Below are positions 60,846 through 64,000 of a stretch of DNA of 64,000 nt, piece after piece. A program made the position numbers and the translations under genes. The stretch is from NCBI GenBank assembly GCA_028819195.1, contig JAPPMF010000009.1, positions 84,363 through 148,362 of the forward strand, in the 5' to 3' direction. The notes beneath the pieces were generated by a model. The model searched no databases, was not told where the DNA came from, and was given only the letters and a program-made list of their open reading frames with translations. Within the stretch, counting starts at the first letter, position 1, and every line of letters begins with the position of its first letter. The stretch is from Gammaproteobacteria bacterium (lineage in GTDB: Bacteria > Pseudomonadota > Gammaproteobacteria > Pseudomonadales > Azotimanducaceae).

Positions 60846-62177
60846 TCAGGCCGAACGAATTTTTTCCAGCTCTTCGCCCTCAGATCGCGCGACTAGTGCG
60901 GCGATCGTTAAATCACCGGTCACGTTCGTTGAAGTACGACACATGTCAAGAATACGATCGATAGCAAGAATGAGAACATACCATTCAACAGGTAGGCCAA
61001 GATAACTCAAAATAAGGACAATCGCCACCATACTTGCACCCGGGATACCTGCTACACCAATTGAAGTCAATAGTGCGAGAATAACGACCGTAATCTGATC
61101 ACCGATACTGATAGGATCGCCGCCGGAAGCGAAGTAGATTTGGGCAATAAAAATGACGACTACACATTCGAATAGAGCTGTACCGTCCATATTAACCGTT
61201 GCGCCGAGAGGTAAGACGAAACTACTCACATTCTTAGAAAGTCCCGCGTTTTCGGCACTTTGAATCGTGACGGGTAGAGTTGCTGACGACGAGGCTGTGG
61301 AAAACGCCATCAATTGAGCCCGTACGACTTTAGAGTAGTAGGCAAACGGATTGATGCCAGCCGCAAAACGTAGCAGTAGTGGTAACCACACGAAAAAGTG
61401 TATTGCCAATCCTAGCAAGACCGTCAGTGCAAACATCATGAGTAATGAAAGTAGGCTGGGAGCGCCTAGTTTTGTGACGGCACCAGCCACCAGCGCGAAG
61501 ACGCCGATGGGTGCAAAACGGATGATCCATAGAGTAATCAAGATCATGACTTCGTACACACCCGTCCAGAATGAATCCATCGTTTGGCGAATTTCGCCGG
61601 TTAACCTAGTGGTAAAAAATCCAACGATGACTCCCACAAATATGATTGCCAATAAGGCTGAGTTATCAGTCAATGCCACAAAAATATTCGGTGGCACTGC
61701 ACGCGTTATGATGTCAAACAGACTCCCCAATCCACTTGTATCACTGATTTCTCGCGTTCTCTCTAATTTTTGGACAAGCTCGTCATCTTCGACACCTTCA
61801 ATAAACGCAACGACTTCGGAGGCTACTTGTTCATCAACATTACCAGGCTGAAGGACATTCACGAGAACCAACCCAGTACCGATGGCGATGAAACCAGTAA
61901 GAACATAAAAACCTATCGTTTTAGCACCGATTCGACCAAAAGAATTCTGTCCAGCCATACTTGCCACTCCAACGACGACCGCGGATAGAACAAGGGGGAT
62001 TACTATCATTTTCAAGGCACTCATGAACAACCCACCAAAGAATTGGAAGATGCTGAGCCAAAACGTCTGGCCTTCGGTTGTTCCCGCGAGATTTAGTAAG
62101 GTACCCACGCCGAAGGCTAGTACTAAAGCAATGAGTATGTGCCAAACTAAGTTCTTGGCATCGAAAAAGTTAGACAT
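60846..62177 (-). CDS. Dicarboxylate/amino acid:cation symporter (DAACS family)
   Basis: 443-aa polytopic protein with the FSTASSSATLPVT signature and ...NMDGTALFE... Confidence 0.88.
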   Translation of the reverse strand: MSNFFDAKNLVWHILIALVLAFGVGTLLNLAGTTEGQTFWLSIFQFFGGLFMSALKMIVIPLVLSAVVVGVASMAGQNSFGRIGAKTIGFYVLTGFIAIGTGLVLVNVLQPGNVDEQVASEVVAFIEGVEDDELVQKLERTREISDTSGLGSLFDIITRAVPPNIFVALTDNSALLAIIFVGVIVGFFTTRLTGEIRQTMDSFWTGVYEVMILITLWIIRFAPIGVFALVAGAVTKLGAPSLLSLLMMFALTVLLGLAIHFFVWLPLLLRFAAGINPFAYYSKVVRAQLMAFSTASSSATLPVTIQSAENAGLSKNVSSFVLPLGATVNMDGTALFECVVVIFIAQIYFASGGDPISIGDQITVVILALLTSIGVAGIPGASMVAIVLILSYLGLPVEWYVLILAIDRILDMCRTSTNVTGDLTIAALVARSEGEELEKIRSA

Positions 62178-62289
62178 GAAATTCCCCCTCTGATTTCAAA
62201 ATAGGCTCAGGTACTATAGCGTACCTCAATTAAGCCTAAATAATTGTATGTACATATTCGATTTTGTGCACGTTCAGACATATTGAACA

Positions 62290-63000
62290 CTAGTTTCGTT
62301 TGACAATCGCGTTACGGTATAGTTGAATACAGATACGCATCAGTAGAGGAAAAGTACCTAACGCAAGCATGGCTAGTACAACCGACGGCGACCAAATATC
62401 TCCAAGCGATTTGATAGAACCCAATTCTTGCCCGGCATTCACACAAACGAGAGCTCCAGGAAGGACGCCTATCTGAGTAACCCAGTAGTAAGTCCGTAAT
62501 CGCAGAGGAGTGAGTGCAGCTACAAGATTCAAAATAAAGTAGGGCATAAAGGGCGCCAAACGTAAAGCAAAAAGATAAAACACCCCCTCTTTCTCTACGC
62601 CGCGATTGATAACGTCTATCTGTTTAGCAAATCGTCGCTGAATGAAATCTCTGAACAGAAAACGCGCGATCGAAAAAGCGATCGTCGCACCAATAGTACT
62701 CGCTAGTGCGACCAACAGAAACCCGGACCCTAATCCACAAATCGCCCCAACGAAGAGTGTCAGCGCAGTTGCACTAGGGATCGATAACCCTGTAAGCAAA
62801 ACATACAGAACAAAAAGTCCAACCCATGAAATCAAGGTGTTTTCTTGGTAGAACGTCGCCACAGCTTCACGCTGTTGCTGTAGGAAATCTATTGAAATGT
62901 ATTCATGGAGTCGAAAGTGGATAACGACGAATGTTAAGACGGCTGCTACCAGCAAGAAAAGGACTCTCGCCAGATCTGCTCGATGGGTGAAATTAGCCAT
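62290..63000 (-). CDS. TVP38/TMEM64 (DedA-related) family membrane protein
   Basis: 236-237 aa with 5-6 TM spans and a central RLAPFMPYFILNLVAALTPL motif typical of the SNARE-associated/DedA superfamily. ATG at 63000 (ORF track uses TTG 63003). Confidence 0.7.
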   Translation of the reverse strand: MANFTHRADLARVLFLLVAAVLTFVVIHFRLHEYISIDFLQQQREAVATFYQENTLISWVGLFVLYVLLTGLSIPSATALTLFVGAICGLGSGFLLVALASTIGATIAFSIARFLFRDFIQRRFAKQIDVINRGVEKEGVFYLFALRLAPFMPYFILNLVAALTPLRLRTYYWVTQIGVLPGALVCVNAGQELGSIKSLGDIWSPSVVLAMLALGTFPLLMRICIQLYRNAIVKRN

Positions 63001-63001
63001 C

Positions 63002-63038
63002 AAAAAAATACCACCTCAACAACCGGTCGAGGTGGTAT
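63002..63038 (-). terminator. Rho-independent terminator downstream of the TonB-dependent receptor gene
   Basis: The minus strand reads ATACCACCTC-gaccggttgtt-GAGGTGGTAT followed by TTTTTTT: a perfect 10-bp stem (63029-63038 / 63008-63017) and a U-tract (63002-63008). Confidence 0.75.
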
Positions 63039-63062
63039 CAATTTTATTTTCGATTAAATAAG

Positions 63063-64000
63063 TTACATTGAATAACGTAATGTAAGCCCGGCGACTTGTG
63101 GTTCAGTCATAAAGTAATTTCTGAAAAATCCCGATGTGTCTGAAGTTAGATACATTCCAGTGACGTTATCATTGTCTTGGACATTACGTACCCAGCCGCT
63201 AAGCATGAGTCTTCCATCAGAACTTGTGTAGGTTGCGCTTAAATTGATTTGACTCCAAGCATCGATTTCATCCCCCGGCGTATTGAATTCACGACTAAAC
63301 GATTCACTTTGCCAGTATAGGCTGCCACGTAAAGAAACGTCCCCGTCAAAAAAACCAGTACTAATAGGGAAGTTGTAGGTTGCACCAATGTTCAAGGTGT
63401 GTTCGGGTGAGTGCGGTAAAGAATTTCCGTCAAGTTCGGTTAGGACACCTTCACTGGTCTCAACCCCAATCGTGTTTAAGAACAATCTCGAAAAGTAGGC
63501 TGGCACCGAAACTCCAAATTCATTTGCGGGATATGACAGGGAATAAGGAGTTGTACGATTTCGGATATCAATCGTCGCTCCCGCGGCTAATGCTGCATCG
63601 ATAACCTGTTGAGTTAATTGTGCTTTACGCGCGACAAAATTAACCCCGGTAGTGGTCCCCGGATCGATGTTTTTGAGCAATACCCAGTCACTATTTCCGG
63701 CAGTTCGGTTGAGAGGATCAAGTGATGCTGTACCATCGACAGCCGTGTTAAGGAAACTGTATCCGTAGTCGAAGACAACTTGCGGCATCCCATCGAGTTG
63801 AAACGTTCCTTCAGCTTCTAATCCCCAAGCGTTGGCATCAATGTTTTCGTTGATAGACGCATTATTCTTGATGCGAGTCACTTGTAAACCGGAATACTGA
63901 TACGCGAAGAACGCGCCGTTAAACACTACCCTTCTATCCATCAGCAGACTCTTCGTACCTAATTCGAATGACGTAACTTCTTCACGATCAAAGGTAAAAG
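63063..64000 (-). CDS. TonB-dependent receptor, C-terminal beta-barrel part (gene runs off the right edge)
   Basis: The frame stays open to the window end (…EEVTSFELGTKSLLMDRRVVFNGAFFAYQYSGLQV…). Alternating beta-strand pattern, ...GWVRNVQDNDNVTGMY..., C-terminal ...AGLTLRYSM. Confidence 0.7.
   Translation of the reverse strand, partial: FTFDREEVTSFELGTKSLLMDRRVVFNGAFFAYQYSGLQVTRIKNNASINENIDANAWGLEAEGTFQLDGMPQVVFDYGYSFLNTAVDGTASLDPLNRTAGNSDWVLLKNIDPGTTTGVNFVARKAQLTQQVIDAALAAGATIDIRNRTTPYSLSYPANEFGVSVPAYFSRLFLNTIGVETSEGVLTELDGNSLPHSPEHTLNIGATYNFPISTGFFDGDVSLRGSLYWQSESFSREFNTPGDEIDAWSQINLSATYTSSDGRLMLSGWVRNVQDNDNVTGMYLTSDTSGFFRNYFMTEPQVAGLTLRYSM

Overview
This window is the chromosomal replication-origin neighbourhood of a gammaproteobacterium, with gene order as in Pseudomonas-type genomes. 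The conserved core on the minus strand (15.8-34.3 kb) is glmS-glmU-atpCDGAHFEBI-parB-parA-rsmG-mnmG-mnmE-yidC-yidD-rnpA-rpmH. A 530-bp AT-rich rpmH/dnaA spacer carries DnaA-box-like 9-mers and is the probable oriC. dnaA-dnaN-recF-gyrB follow on the plus strand (34.9-41.0 kb). Further right are trkH-trkA-rsmB-fmt-def, a type II glutamine synthetase, a Tat-signal cupin, rsgA, aceE, two transporter/membrane genes and a partial TonB-dependent receptor. Two perfect 16-bp parS palindromes lie at 49.2 and 52.5 kb. No rRNA, tRNA, CRISPR, IS element or integrase was recognised. Two regions look accessory and are the most interesting. (i) 1.3-14.5 kb holds a plus-strand array of large (~530-610 aa) signal-peptide proteins. 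Each has two repeats of a beta-rich module, a conserved helical segment, an acidic linker, a lone (G/E)CEH(V/I) cysteine motif and a C-terminal TlpA/ResA-type thioredoxin domain (FWASWCxPC). The array has four full-length or nearly full-length copies (one with a 3' homopolymer frameshift), one chimeric or deleted copy and one 3' remnant. It is interleaved with two secreted thioredoxin-ankyrin fusions and a secreted FGE-fold protein that lacks the FGE catalytic cysteines. (ii) 41.0-49.2 kb, between gyrB and trkH, is an island with five parts: a DUF4143-type AAA ATPase; another (lipoprotein) paralogue of the thioredoxin family; a three-gene minus-strand module of an apparently frameshifted MqsR-like toxin, an MqsA-like Zn-ribbon/HTH protein and a KGGVGR-variant ParA/MinD-like ATPase fused to TPR-like repeats; and a TcmP plus three-Cys (Gp37/Gp68, DUF5131) gene pair. 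All functional assignments come from reading motifs by eye. No database search was run.
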